Assembly: GCA_051453625.1 (NCBI GenBank)
Contig: JBOZIK010000001.1
Location: 29,906,968-29,950,481, forward strand
DNA: 43,514 nucleotides
Origin: Welwitschia mirabilis
Lineage: Eukaryota
Direction of reading: 5' to 3'
Shown: positions 10,065 through 22,358 of the stretch, one piece after another
Numbering within the stretch: the stretch's first letter is position 1
Layout of the letters: each line of letters starts with the position of its first letter
Made by a program: the position numbers and the translations under genes
Notes under the pieces: model-generated
What the model was told of the DNA's origin: nothing
Databases searched by the model: none
What the model saw: only the letters and a program-made list of their open reading frames with translations

Positions 10065-13000
10065 AGTAAACCATACAACCTAATAGTATCATGAAAAAAA
10101 AAAATTTCTATAAGTGATGTATTACTTGTCTTGCTATATGGAGCAAAATGTGTTATTTTATCAAGTCTATCAATAACTACAAGTATGCAATTATTACCTC
10201 TTTTATAGTATGGTAAACTAAGAATAAAATTCGTACTTACATTCTTGCAAGGTCTTATAGCGACTAGTAATGCATGTACAATCTTGCATTAGAAGATTCC
10301 CCTTTAGTTCATTAACAAATCCCACAATTTTGCTTTTTTTTTTTTTTTTTTTGTATACATCCTTTTACAAGTCAAACCAATAGTCATTTCTTTACACTAA
10401 CTCATAGATTTTGTCCACCCTATAATGTCTTTACATTTTTCTATTATCTTTCCTAAAACATTTTATTCCTTAGAGAGCCATTAGGAACATAAAATTTTCC
10501 CTCCTTATAAAGAAGTCCCTCTTTAACATGAAAATATTTATAGTGATATCTTCTCACAAGTCTCTTTACCATTTACACTTCTTTAAAATGTAAACTATAT
10601 TCATAAAAATCTAAAAAATAAGGTATATTAACATCAAACTTGCAATGTCTCATCAAAAATCTAAGCCTACTTAATGTTTCTGCTATTTTATTGCATTTTT
10701 CCTTGTTATTGTTAATGAAAAATTTGAACTCCTACAAAGTTTATGTTCACTTAAACTACCTAGTACTTAATTTATCTTAGTGATTTAAATACTTTAAAAC
10801 TTTATGAACAAGGAAAAAAATGAAGTCCTTGTAATAAGTATGCATTCCTCTTTTTAAAAATTATTAGATAGCATATAAATCATTTTTTATAGGTTAAATA
10901 TCTTTAATTATCTTCATTTAAATTCTCATTAGATAATGTAATGCATTTATCCTCTTAGTTGATGACTTCACTAGTAAATATTATATTAGCATCACAATCC
11001 ACGTGAAATGATTTACTACAATCTAACAAGGCAAGAAAATACTATATCATAATATTAGTTTGAGTTCCTGAAATGTTGCATTTGCTACATTGGTCCATCT
11101 AAAAACTCTTACCTTTGTTATGATAGCTAGCATAAATGCATAGATCTTACTAGAATATTTAATTAAACTTCTCTAAAAACTAGATAACCCATGAAAGCAT
11201 CATAGATATTTTATTGAAGTTAGAATAGTTCCATTCATAATAGCTTTGACCTTATCAGGATCCATCTTGATATCATCATTGAATATCATCACTCTAAGGA
11301 ATATGAGTTCTCATTATGTAAGAACATTCTTCTTGTGATTCAACAATAATTGTTATTTTAATAACTACTATAAAACTTTCTGTAAATGGGCTACATTCTT
11401 TAATAAATTCTAGTTATAAACTAGAATACTATTTGGAAATACAATAATAAACCTTTCCAAAAGTAACTTCAACACCTCTTTTATCAATCTTATGAAAGTA
11501 ATATGTGCATTAGTTAGGTCAAATGGCATTACCAACCATTTATACAAGCTATTTGAAGTTTTAAAAGTAGTTTTCCATGCAGCTCCTTCCTTAATACTTA
11601 TGCTAGAATCTTAAAATCCATTTTACCCAAAAGACATGCACCCATTGTCTTGTTAACTATATCGTTCATGTTAGGAATTGAAAATTGGTATCTTGTTATA
11701 ATCTTATTTATATCGCTTCCATTAATACATAAATGCAATTCATCTCTATCCTTTCAAAATACTTTGTCTCACTAAGACCTTATCTAATAAATCATGTAAT
11801 TCCCTATTGATTTCTTCCCTTTCATGGGAATCCATTTGATGTGATAATTTATGGTGAAGAGTTGTCACTAGTACTGGGTTAATTTGTTGGTTAATGCTTT
11901 CCATTAACAACAACCCTAAAGGTAACTCATTACTAAAAAGATCTTTACAAAAATTCATCAAGTATTTTACCTCCTCCAGTTTTGTTTTTTCAGAATCTTT
12001 TTTAGTAACTAGCAAAACCGCTACCATTTTGTAACCACCTTCATCTATTTCTTTTTTTATTTTCTTTTTAGCTAACTAGAAAAATCCTATTTTTCCCTTA
12101 AATATCTTCTTCATCTAGAAATAGTTTAAATATCTTTTCATGTGCATCTATTTAAGGGTAAGTATTTTTCTTATTATTATGTGCACACATAGTATCAAAG
12201 CAAGAAATTCTACCAACTAATAAATAACATAAATCCATAGGAACAACATCAAACTTTAGAATATTATGAAAATTACAAATGTTAAAGTTAACAAGATATC
12301 ATTCAATGCAGAAAAAAAGACATTCATTTTGTAATTATGATGTGTTAAGGAATTTAGTGAGAAGCAACTTATAAATGTTGTTTCTTTATAATCTTCTTAT
12401 AACCCAAATTATCTATGCTATCACTATAAAAAATAACCTTACAAAACTCATCTTTATATATGCATTTTATCTTGAGCTTCTTATTCTTTGAGATGGATCA
12501 CAAAATTAAGTAAAATCATCTGTTAAAAAACATCTAAGTTCTCAACCTTTTCATTTGTTATTACTTTAATCACTTTTTTATCTACTGTCCTACTAAATTG
12601 TCCCCTTGTCATATACTATTACAACATGATTCACTTTTGGCTTTCTATATTTATGATCATATTCTTTATGACCTCCTTTATTTCAATTTTAATAAGTGGT
12701 GTATAAAATATTTTATCCTTATGATAGCTATCTTTTTCATCCTTATTTTTATCCTAGCCATATGATGATGTATTGTGTTTTGTGACTTCCTTTTTCTTTG
12801 GTTTTTGAAATCTTTATGTTTTCTTCTTTTTTCCTTTGTTTCTAGTAGAGATATTTTGTGTGCACTATACTTTCCCTTTATTTCATAAAACTAGTTGATC
12901 TATGTTCTTTACATTATTCGAACAAAATATAGAAACTTCATTTTAAATGGAAAATTTAAGGCTAATGATGTACCTTAGCACCTTGGTAATACCTTCTTTA

Positions 13001-13400
13001 AGAGAGTCTACTCAATTGATCAAGCCATGAAGTTCTTTAATGTACTTCATCATTAACTTATCTACTTAGTGGATATACTACATTTTTCTCACCAACTCTA
13101 CAAGATGTACTCTTGGCATGAACACGTCCTCTAAGGAATTTCATATAAAAGTTTAATTCTTAAGATAATATCCTTATCTCTTCCTCTAATTTTTAAAGTA
13201 TTAACATAAATTACTTGCAAGGTTATGTAAGTGATAAGATGCTAGCTACAATTTTCTCTCCTCAAGTGTTTCTTCTCTTAGTAAGTACGTCTTGATCCTA
13301 TGAAACTAATATTCTAGCTTTTATTACTAAACCTTTTTTTCCACACAATTTCATATTCAAAGGATCATTTTTCTTCATCTTCAAAGAAATCCCTAAGAAG
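10065..13400 (-). mobile_element. Degenerate Ty3/Gypsy gag-pol, CRM-like chromovirus (gag-PR-RT-RH-IN N-terminus)
   Basis: gag EERKL*LASYHL at about 13260 and RYIISL at about 12975. Protease CKVIFYSDSIDN at about 12440 (CKVIIDSGSTDN) and DVVPMDLCYLLVGR at about 12250. RT WKTTFKTSNSLYKWLVMPFDLTNA at about 11580-11510. Integrase IRLYG at about 10085-10070. Gypsy domain order. Confidence 0.9.
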
Positions 13401-13712
13401 TGTTCCTTTATATTGCTAAAAAATTTTAAGTTTTTTTCTTAAAGCACCTATAAATAAAATGTTAGATCTAGACAAAAACAAGTTATAATAGAATCAAAAA
13501 CAAATTTAAAAACAAATTGACTAGTTCAGGTTTTACTAGAATTACTAGTACTAACCATTAAAAAGGAAAACTAAAGAAACAGAAAAAAAGAAAAATAGAC
13601 TAGTTCAGGTACCATTGGAAAGGACAAGTACTCACCACTATAAACGTAAAAACTATTTATAAAACTTTTAAAAAGAAAAGGAGTGCCCTTCTGAGCTATT
13701 ACTGTGCCATTA

Positions 13713-13730
13713 TCCCTAACAATAGCACCA
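13713..13730 (-). promoter_or_regulatory. Degenerate Athila-type PBS (copy A)
   Basis: tccctaacaatagcacca is the reverse complement of a decayed TGGCGCCGTTGCCGGGGA, adjacent to LTR A. Confidence 0.65.
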
Positions 13731-13735
13731 AAATC

Positions 13736-15086
13736 TATTCAATGTTTTACAGTGTCCATATTTAAAATTAATTTTTTACTTAGTCACCATTCTTCCTCAA
13801 GGATAACATGGGTAGTGGTTTAAAATTTTTACTAACTCTACTTAGTGCAAGTACAAAATTTAAGATAAGAAAGAAGAGAAAGAGGTGATTCTATAGTTGT
13901 GTTTTGAAACTTAGATTTTGAGAGAGGAGGGAAGCAAGCTAGCTCTAAGTTATTATCAATTCCCTCTCAAGAAATCCTTCACTTCACTGTTGTCCAATGT
14001 CTTTTCTACAACACACTTAAAACCATTAAGTCTTTTAGGCTTGGATCATGGTGGCATAATCTCATTCACCATATGAGTAATGATGAGCTCAATTGCCACT
14101 TGATCTTTAAAGCTTTAAATAATAATAGAAGGTAAGGATATTAATACTTAAAATCTATAAAGTTAAAAGACTTAGATCAAGTATTAAAATATCTCACTCA
14201 AGTGTAATAAGGCTTTAATGGTTAAGTTGCTTTCTAAACATTTCAAATATAAAATGACTTATAATTTGAAATAAAAGACAAATAACTCATGTATTATAGA
14301 AAAAGAACACTTCACAACAAACGAAGAAAGATGCTAGAATAAATCCTCAACAATCCTTCAAGCCTAGCTCACTTCCGCAAAGAGTTTCTTAGAAAGCCAT
14401 CATGATTGATGCTCTAAGGTTCTACAATTCTCCAAATCCAAAGATGATACAATGAAGGTTTTAAGGCCCTTTTATAGGAAGAGACTGGGATGAGGGGTAG
14501 TTATAATCTCTTGGCTTGTAGAATTAGATGGATGATTACATAATCATAACATTAAGTAAGATGATTTTTCTTCTTTTCCATTTGGTAGAGATTCCTCTGA
14601 TGATGTCAACACTTGGCTCTTGGATACTATAGCTACTACTAATTGCTGTCAATGCCATCTATCTTCACTTTCATCTTACTTAGCCCTGTCAAATGTCATG
14701 TTGTGAGTTCTTGTCATCACCATCATGTGTTATTAAGAATGCAATTTATTTCTAATGTGTAATTTGATTAAGCCAATATTGCATTTAATCTAATTTTCCA
14801 TGATAATTTAGGAAGATTTGATCTACTTAGTTTAGAAAGACTAACGATGCTGGTAGCCCTAGATGACGGCATTAGCATTTGAGCTTCAATCATCTTCAGT
14901 TTTAAGCATGCCTTTCAGTTGATCATAATTTATCTGAAAATGTTAACGAGCATATGATATATTCATAAGTATTATTAAAATTAATAAAAAACATATTTTT
15001 ATGATAAAATCAATTATATTAATGTATTTCATTAAGATTAGTTAATTATTTAAGTTGATTGAAATGTCAATTTTTACATGTTAACA
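13736..15086 (-). repeat. Athila-type LTR copy A (about 1.35 kb)
   Basis: Colinear along its length with 17721-19324 once the nested insertion is removed. Ends ...catgttaaca. The adjacent leader (about 13420-13712) is also homologous to about 17400-17697. Confidence 0.85.
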
Positions 15087-16343
15087 ATTTTCTCATTTGT
15101 TTTATTCTTTTCCTTGTTTTCTTTATGGGTCAGCTTTCCTTTAATTTTATTTTGCATGGGTAGATTTTCTAACTTTTTTTAACTCTTAAGATTAATGGAA
15201 TTAATCTATTCTATGTGAATGGATTTTATCCCTTCTATAAACCTAACTTCCTTAAGATTTAGTTGAGAGCTCATGGGAAGTTTACCTGTTTCCCTTTGAT
15301 TTAGGGTAAAGAGAAGCTAGGTTTGGATTTGTTGGAGTCATTGAAGGACTTGGATGATGGATTAAGTATTTTATTCAAGGTTTTTTAATAATTAAAAATG
15401 TTGTCTTAGTTATTGTTCATGATTGCAATTAAGTTAGAACTAGGTTTTCATGAACTTTCTTATTAATTCCTTAAAGGGATGGATGAAGATGGTTTTTGGT
15501 AATTTGATGGAAAGGGATGAGAGGATTATGAAGGGAATGAGTTTCTTAGTTGGTTGATTTGGTTTTGAATATATGAATTATAGTATTTCCCAGAAAATCT
15601 ACCTAAGGTTATATGTATGTGAATAGGGATTTTTCTTTTAATTTTACCATGGGTGCCCTACCACATTAACTTGCTCATTTATAGTGTTTTCAAATAAAGG
15701 AATGGAGGGGAACTTGGCTATTTTATGAGTATCTATGTGGCAAATGAGGCATTCTTGTTTATTAATTAAAGGTAAAGGTGAGGGCGAGGTTGTTAGAGAT
15801 TCTAGTTTCCTTGCTAATTTGTCTATTCCATTATTAGCCTCGAAATTTTCAAGTACTTTAAATATGCTTGTAGACCTAATAAGATGATGGGATCTAGATG
15901 GATCAATAGGATTTTCCTAGTTTTTAGAACTCTCAGCTACACTTTCTAAATATTCCCAAATTTCATGTAGGGGCATGCTAAGGAAATTTCCCCTACTCAC
16001 TATCTCAACTAGTTGCCTATTATTTTTGGACAACCCATTATAAAAGAAAATTATTTCTCTACCTGGCTCAAATCCATGTTGAAGGCATTTTTGTAACAAG
16101 TCTTTAGATCTTTTTAGGGCTTAGGAGAATGTTTCATAATTTTTTTTGCTAATAATTCATTATTTCCTTTTTCAAGACATTCGTCTTATGGTTAGGAAAG
16201 AATTTAGAGATGATGGCTTTATTTAGATCAGATCAAGTTCTAATGGAAAAGCACTTGAGGGTGTACAACCAAGATTTTGCCTTCTCTTTTGAGGAAAATG
16301 GAAAAAGTATGAGCCTGAGGGCATCGTATGTATTTTGAAATTG

Positions 16344-16560
16344 AGGCATAGTTAATAATACACATTCAAGTTCCTCAAATGAAGGTATGGATCCTTAGAT
16401 TCTAAGCCATGGAAGTAAGGTAAAAGCTGGATGGTTGATGGCTTGAATTTTAGGCATAGTTAATAATACACATTCAAGTTCCTAGAATGAAGGCATGGAT
16501 TCTTAGATTCTAAGCCATGGAAGTGAGATAAAAGCTGGATGATTGATGGAATGAATTTTA
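16344..16560. repeat. 108-bp (36-codon) tandem duplication within the Athila gag
   Basis: aggcatagttaataatacacattcaagttcct...gaatttt starts at 16344 and again at 16452. Confidence 0.95.
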
Positions 16561-17697
16561 CTCTTTGATTATGTGCAATTGCACTATACATGAAGGTACT
16601 CCTAAGCATTATAGTTAAAGGTAATCATGTAGTGTTTGCTTAGATTGATTATTTGCTCCATTGGCTTGGGCTTTGGTTGTCTCTTAAGCAAAGTAAAAGG
16701 TAGTTAATTGGTCTATTATATCATGATTTAAGAATGGTCCATTAAAGAAAATCTAGCATTAAGTGAGTTGTTTAGATTTTATTATTATTATTGGGATAAA
16801 GAGGCTTTCTCTTTTTTATTATTATTTGGGTTTTCTTGTAAGGTAGAGGATTGTTCCCTTTGGAGGTCATCACAAGGTTGGTTTTGCTGTGTACTTCTTA
16901 GGTTAGAAAACGAATTCATATTGTTTAAGGGATTTCTAATTAACCTACCTAAATCATCATAGATCCAAGCCATGCAAAGTTAAAAAAGGACTTTAGGCAA
17001 GTTTTAGAATAGTTTTTCACAAAGCCTGTAAGACATAGGAGTTTTTAGGCTTTATCAGATGTTTTAGTAAAAGTTTTAAGGTCTCCTAAGTAGAACACTG
17101 GTGGTGTCAGTCAGGGAATGTGATAACGTTGGTCTAATAAGGCAGTGGCATTAGTCTTACTACAAGTTTCAATTACAAAAAATTCATAATGATTCATAAA
17201 GTTCTTATTAAGTGATCGATATATCAAGGTTACAAAAAAAACATAACAAGAATGAAAAACATGAGCAAATAGAAAGTTGGTCTTAATGAAATTGATTTTT
17301 TTAAAAAAGATTTTTAATGTTTATTGTAATAAATTTTGCATAGAAAATTAAATCACTAAATTATGAAAACACAAGAAAAAATATAAAGCATGCAACATAA
17401 GTTAAAATTTTAGCTTTTCACTGTAAAGCAACCTATAAACACATTATAAGATCACATTGTAAGATCTACACACAAAACTAAGTTAAAGCAAAAACTAAAG
17501 TAAAACTAAAATTGGACCAATTTGGGTATCACTAGAATGACTAATACGAACCACTGGAAAATGCACAAAAGAAAGAAAAAAAGGCTAGTTGGAGTGTCAC
17601 TTGAATGAAACAATACCAACCACTGGAAAAATGAAAATTAACTATAAAGTTTGCAAAGTAGAAACATCAGTGCTTTTTTGAATAGCTACTGTCATTA

Positions 17698-17715
17698 TCC
17701 CTACCAACAGTGCCA
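17698..17715 (-). promoter_or_regulatory. Degenerate Athila-type PBS (copy B)
   Basis: tccctaccaacagtgcca followed by aaatc and the TG of LTR B at 17721. Confidence 0.7.
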
Positions 17716-17720
17716 AAATC

Positions 17721-19324
17721 TGTCTATTTCATATAAAGAACTAGATTTAACTGAGTTTACACTCAGTGTTATTCTTTCCACAAGGATAGCTAAGGTAGGT
17801 TTTCAAAATTTACATGCTCTTATTTCTTGCAAGTTACAAGTAAGAGAAAGGTAAATAAAAGAGTTAAGTGTAGTAATTTTGAAACTTCAACTTTCGAAAA
17901 GTAAGGAAGCAAGGAAGCTCCAAGTGTTCACCATCTTGTTCACTAGTAATCCTTTGCTCTAATTATATCCCATGCTTTCCTTATAACATAATTCAAACTA
18001 TCAAGTGTGTTGGCTTGGGTTATGGTGACATAATCTCATTCATCATATGAAGATTTGTGAACTCAATTTCCACTTGATCCTTCACACCCTTATAATAAAA
18101 ATGGAAAGTAAGGACCCTAGATACTCAGAATACATAAAATTACAAGGACTTAAATTAAGTAATTAAGAAATTCACTCAAAGAAAAATAAAACCTAATAAT
18201 TAAGTTGTTAGCTAAGTATTCCAAGTATAAAATGACTTGCAACTTGAAATCAAAAGGAAAATAACTTTTATGAATTAAATAAAACACATTCCATCAATAG
18301 AACAGGGATGCTGGTAAAAATTCTTAAGCTATCCTTAAAGGCAAGCTCACTCCCCAAAGAAGTGCTTAGAAGGCCATCATGACTTGATGCTCCAAAGGTT
18401 CAATCTTTTGGCAAAATAAAAGATATTATAATGAAGGAATCAAAGCCCTTTTATAGGCAAATATGGAGGTGGAAAGTGGTTACAAGCCTTTGGCTTATAG
18501 TGTTAGGTGAGTAGTTATAAAATGATGGCATTAGTTAGGGCGTTTGTCACTTTTATCATTTGGTAGAGGTTATTATGACGAGGCTGACACTTGGCTCCTG
18601 GATTGTTATAACCCACATTTTGTAAGCTTTAATTAATAAGATTTCTAAACTATGTAAAACATTTTGATATTAATTTTANNNNNNNNNNNNNNNNNNNNNN
18701 NNNNNNNNNNNNNNNNNNNNNNNNNNNNNNNNNNNNNNNNNNNNNNNNNNNNNNNNNNNNNNNNNNNNNNNNNNNNNNTTCCATTGTGCATGATAGTTAA
18801 TAACGAAAAAAAAAATTATGGTTAATTAGGGTAATTAAAGTTGGGGTGTTACATAGATGCTACTACTTCTGCTAATTGTTGTCATCACCATATGTTTCCA
18901 CTGTCATCCTTCTTAATAATGCCACATGTCATCACTGCATTTTACCATCATCACTACCACCTGTTTTCAAGAATGCAAATTAATTCTAATCTGGAATTTG
19001 ATGAAACCCATAACTAAGTTAGATTAATCTGCCCTGAAAAGTTAAGAATGTGAGATTTGAACTATTTTGTGCAATAAGGCTGATAGAGTTGGGTGACCTA
19101 AACAATGGCATTGGCCTTTTCGCTTGAATGATTGTCAAATTTTAACATGTTCTTCAAAATGTGATAGGTATCCTAAAAATGTCATGAGTGAATGATAAGT
19201 TCAACATTAATATTGAAAAATAAAATAATACATGTTTTTAAGATAAATCAATTATATTAATGTCTTTCATTAAGATAAATTGGTTAATTAACTTGATCAA
19301 AATGTTAATTTTTATATGCTAACA
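17721..19324 (-). repeat. Athila-type LTR copy B, containing a nested insertion
   Basis: TG at 17721, ends ...tatgctaaca at 19324. About 1.35 kb without the insert, the same length as copy A. Confidence 0.85.
18604..18853. mobile_element. Nested Tekay/Del-type LTR insertion (solo LTR or collapsed element; spans the 100-N gap 18679-18778)
   Basis: Termini TGTTATAACCC...GGGGTGTTACA. TSD tggat (18599-18603) / tagat (18854-18858). Absent from LTR copy A at the homologous site (about 14625). Left end is homologous to 39874 onward. Confidence 0.85.
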
Positions 19325-22139
19325 ATCCCATATAGAGTTTTAAGGTTTTAAATCTTGAAACTTAACAATAATATTACAAGATATATCACTTTTCCTTTTC
19401 ATTTTGTATGCCTTTATAATTGGTTAGTTTAGAATGCACACCCCCTTTTAAAAGAAGTTTGACACTTCTATAGATACATCTTTTTTTTTAATTTTCTAGA
19501 ATTTTCAAAATTCAAAGATTAAGAGCCTTTTATTATTACTTCTAAAGAGTCTTATAGAAAAATGTCTTGACATTATTGTTATCTTTATTTTTAGAAAATT
19601 CTTCGTTTCAATCTAATGCATAAATTCTTTTCTTCAAAGTTATTTTTCAAAGGTTTAACCTTATTTAGCACCTTTATATGATGAGTATCATTTTATTAAG
19701 ATAACTATGCTACTAATTGTTTAAAGAGTTCAAGTGATGTAGACATAGCCACAAGTTTCATAGTCATAATTTAATGAGGTGTGACCTTTAATTTATCATA
19801 GTTATATATCCCTAACTATTTTTTAGAATTACTTCTTATCATCAAGGTTATAATTAATATTTTAGTTTAATCTCATTAGCTTATTTCATCTAGCACTAAG
19901 CTAAAAATTCTAGTCAACTTCTCTCCTTTTTTTATGTGTCCTCTATTTGGAGTTCCTCCCTTATTTGGAATCATCACTGAGAACCCTTGTTTCTCTATAA
20001 CCTTGTGATTTTTTGAATTTTCAAAGCAAAAGATCCTTTAACTAAAAATCATAACTTCATAAACGTGCCAATGTATGTTGAACATTTAGAATTTTTCTTA
20101 CAAAATTGAAAATCCCATTGAATACATGAACATGACACTCAAAATATACCAAAATTAAACATTGATTCTTCATGGAATAACTCTGATTACTCATGAATTA
20201 CCAAAATAAATCTTTTAATTAAAAAATGCATTAACCACATGAAGAGAATTAGATTATACAACTTTTCAACCAATACCTTTTCTTCTAATCTCATATAAAT
20301 GAAAACAACATCAAAACCACGAAATTAAATTTAATGTACTTTTAATTTTCCTTGAGAAAAAACTATGCTAATTATTTGGGAGGAGGCATATTGGATCCTA
20401 AAAAGAAGTCTTTATAAGAAAAATGAAAATGTAGAAACTCTACTAGATAAAGGTTACCAAACTTAGGAGGAAAATAATTATGACAACACTATGAGGAAAA
20501 GAAACTGACCCTTGCTCAAATAAAAAAAGTTAAATAAGAGGAATTAAATTCATGTTGGAGGAAGAAACAAGTTTAAAACAATTTTTATGGATGAATTAAT
20601 TGATTAAAGGAGCTAAGGATTTCTAAGAAATGCACACTTCTTTGGAAGAATTTTCTAGTGATTAAACTAAATTACTTTTATTCTCTTGGAAGAGTTCTCA
20701 ACTAGTGGTGATGAATTACTATTTTTGTAGAGCTATTGAAAACATTTGTTATACTCCTTCAAAATGGAACTTTTAGAACCATTGTGTAAACATGAATTTT
20801 TGTTAAAAAGCCATAAAGAGAATGTGAAACCTTATTAGAAAAGACTAGAGTCAAAACTTGAGATTAAACTTGAGATTAAATTAAAGATGGAAAAGGTCCA
20901 TTAGAAACTATTTTCTTTACCTCTAACCTGTTTCTCTGAACAGTTGACTTTCCCTATGAAAAAAATCACAAGTATATGGAAGATTATAATAAGTGACTTA
21001 TGGGGTGTAGATCCTTTTTGATGTAGAAAGACAAAGAAAAGTTTTTATATTTTATAAATACACTAGAATAAAATAGGATACCCTTAGGATTCCATAAAAA
21101 ATGGAAGAAAGTCACTCTTCAAAACGAGTCTGATTAAAGAAATAATCTGGCTCTTAAAACTCTAAAAAATTTGTAGAAGATTAAAAAGTTTGAAACCATA
21201 AACAATCTGATAATACTCTGGGTATTTAGAGCTAACTGGAGGTGTCCACTTGCAAACAATTAAAGTTGCATGATGATGAACAAAAAAAATTAGCTTAGAA
21301 GATTTGAGAAAGAATAAAAGATCCTATTAATTTAACTTGAAAAATACCTTTAGAAATATAACACATAATAATTGCGTAAGACTACAAATCTTTTTAGGGA
21401 ATATCAAGATGCTCCTAAAAATTGTTCATCTTTAAAAGATAATGATTCAAATTCTGCTGTCAATTGAGAATAGTGCATCTACCATAATAAAATCCAAAGG
21501 AAGAATACCATCGTCTTTACCAAAAGAACCAAAAGAAATACCTTAAGCAAATGAAGAAAAAATCTACAAAGAATTTTGATTTGAAGGAGAGCCTCCATTC
21601 AGATCTTTTGAAGCTTTTGAAGATTCCTCCAAAGAACTTGTGGCAAATTCATTAAGCGAAGCAATAGGAATTGAAGAAAAACACTGTGAAAACCTCTAAA
21701 GAAAGAAAAGTCACTTAAAATTTAACCTCAAAACCTGAAAAATCTTGATCCACTTGATAGTTATAATTGTCAATGATAACTAAGTTTTAGACATTAAATT
21801 TAAAAAATTAAAATCTTTTTTTATCTTCCATAAAAAGTTATTGTAAACTCTAAAAAAAAGAATACAATAATTTATTTATTCATGAAGTTCATGAGGTTCA
21901 TGGACAATATTATCCGTCGCTTATAGTCACTAATTTACATAGCCATTCAGAGGAACCCATAAACAATCTCTCTAGAGCCACCAAAATTTCACATATCACA
22001 CCCCACTCATTGTAGTTACTAGTTTACTTGTCCCATTCAAAGAAGCCACAAGTAACATGTGTGACCGATCCAAATCTAACTTTTGAAAATATTTACATAA
22101 AGTAAAAAGGTATCTCTAACTTAAATGTGTGGAAGAATT

Positions 22140-22358
22140 TTGAACGAGAAAGTCATGGGGATGCGAAGGAGACGGTGAAGAACTCGTCCCTGTGAAGCAA
22201 TCCCTCAGCCATTTAGGGTTCTAGAATTCAACCCATTCCTTGTACGTCTCAGACACGTGCATGACACGGAGTTTAAATCCAGATACGCGTCGCGATCTAC
22301 GCATTTTTTGCCTCCGTCGTCTTCTCCTAATCCGTGGAATTGAGGAAACCAGAGGAGA
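22140..22358 (+). promoter_or_regulatory. CpG-retaining promoter/5'UTR with ABRE/G-box, CGCG box and telo-box-like motif
   Basis: GACACGTG (G-box at 22254-22259), ACGCGT at 22285-22290, TTAGGGTT at 22213-22220, TTTAAAT at 22272-22278. CpG density rises sharply relative to the flanking TE DNA. Function of the motifs is inferred. Confidence 0.55.

Larger units (their letters stand above)
15087..19324 (-). mobile_element. Truncated Athila-type Ty3/Gypsy element: 5' LTR, PBS, leader, degenerate gag
   Basis: gag motifs FKPSTIQLLPYFHGLESKDPYLHL (about 16450), CLQHGFEPGREIIFFYNGL...EIWEYLESVAE (ORF 15917-16099), NQRETGKLP (about 15300) and INSINLKS*KKLE (about 15200). PBS at 17698-17715, LTR at 17721-19324. 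Confidence 0.85.

Noticed and set aside
19325-21850. Probable further TE remnants, including a faint zinc-knuckle-like motif on the minus strand near 20030
   Set aside because: Too decayed to assign a family or boundaries by eye.
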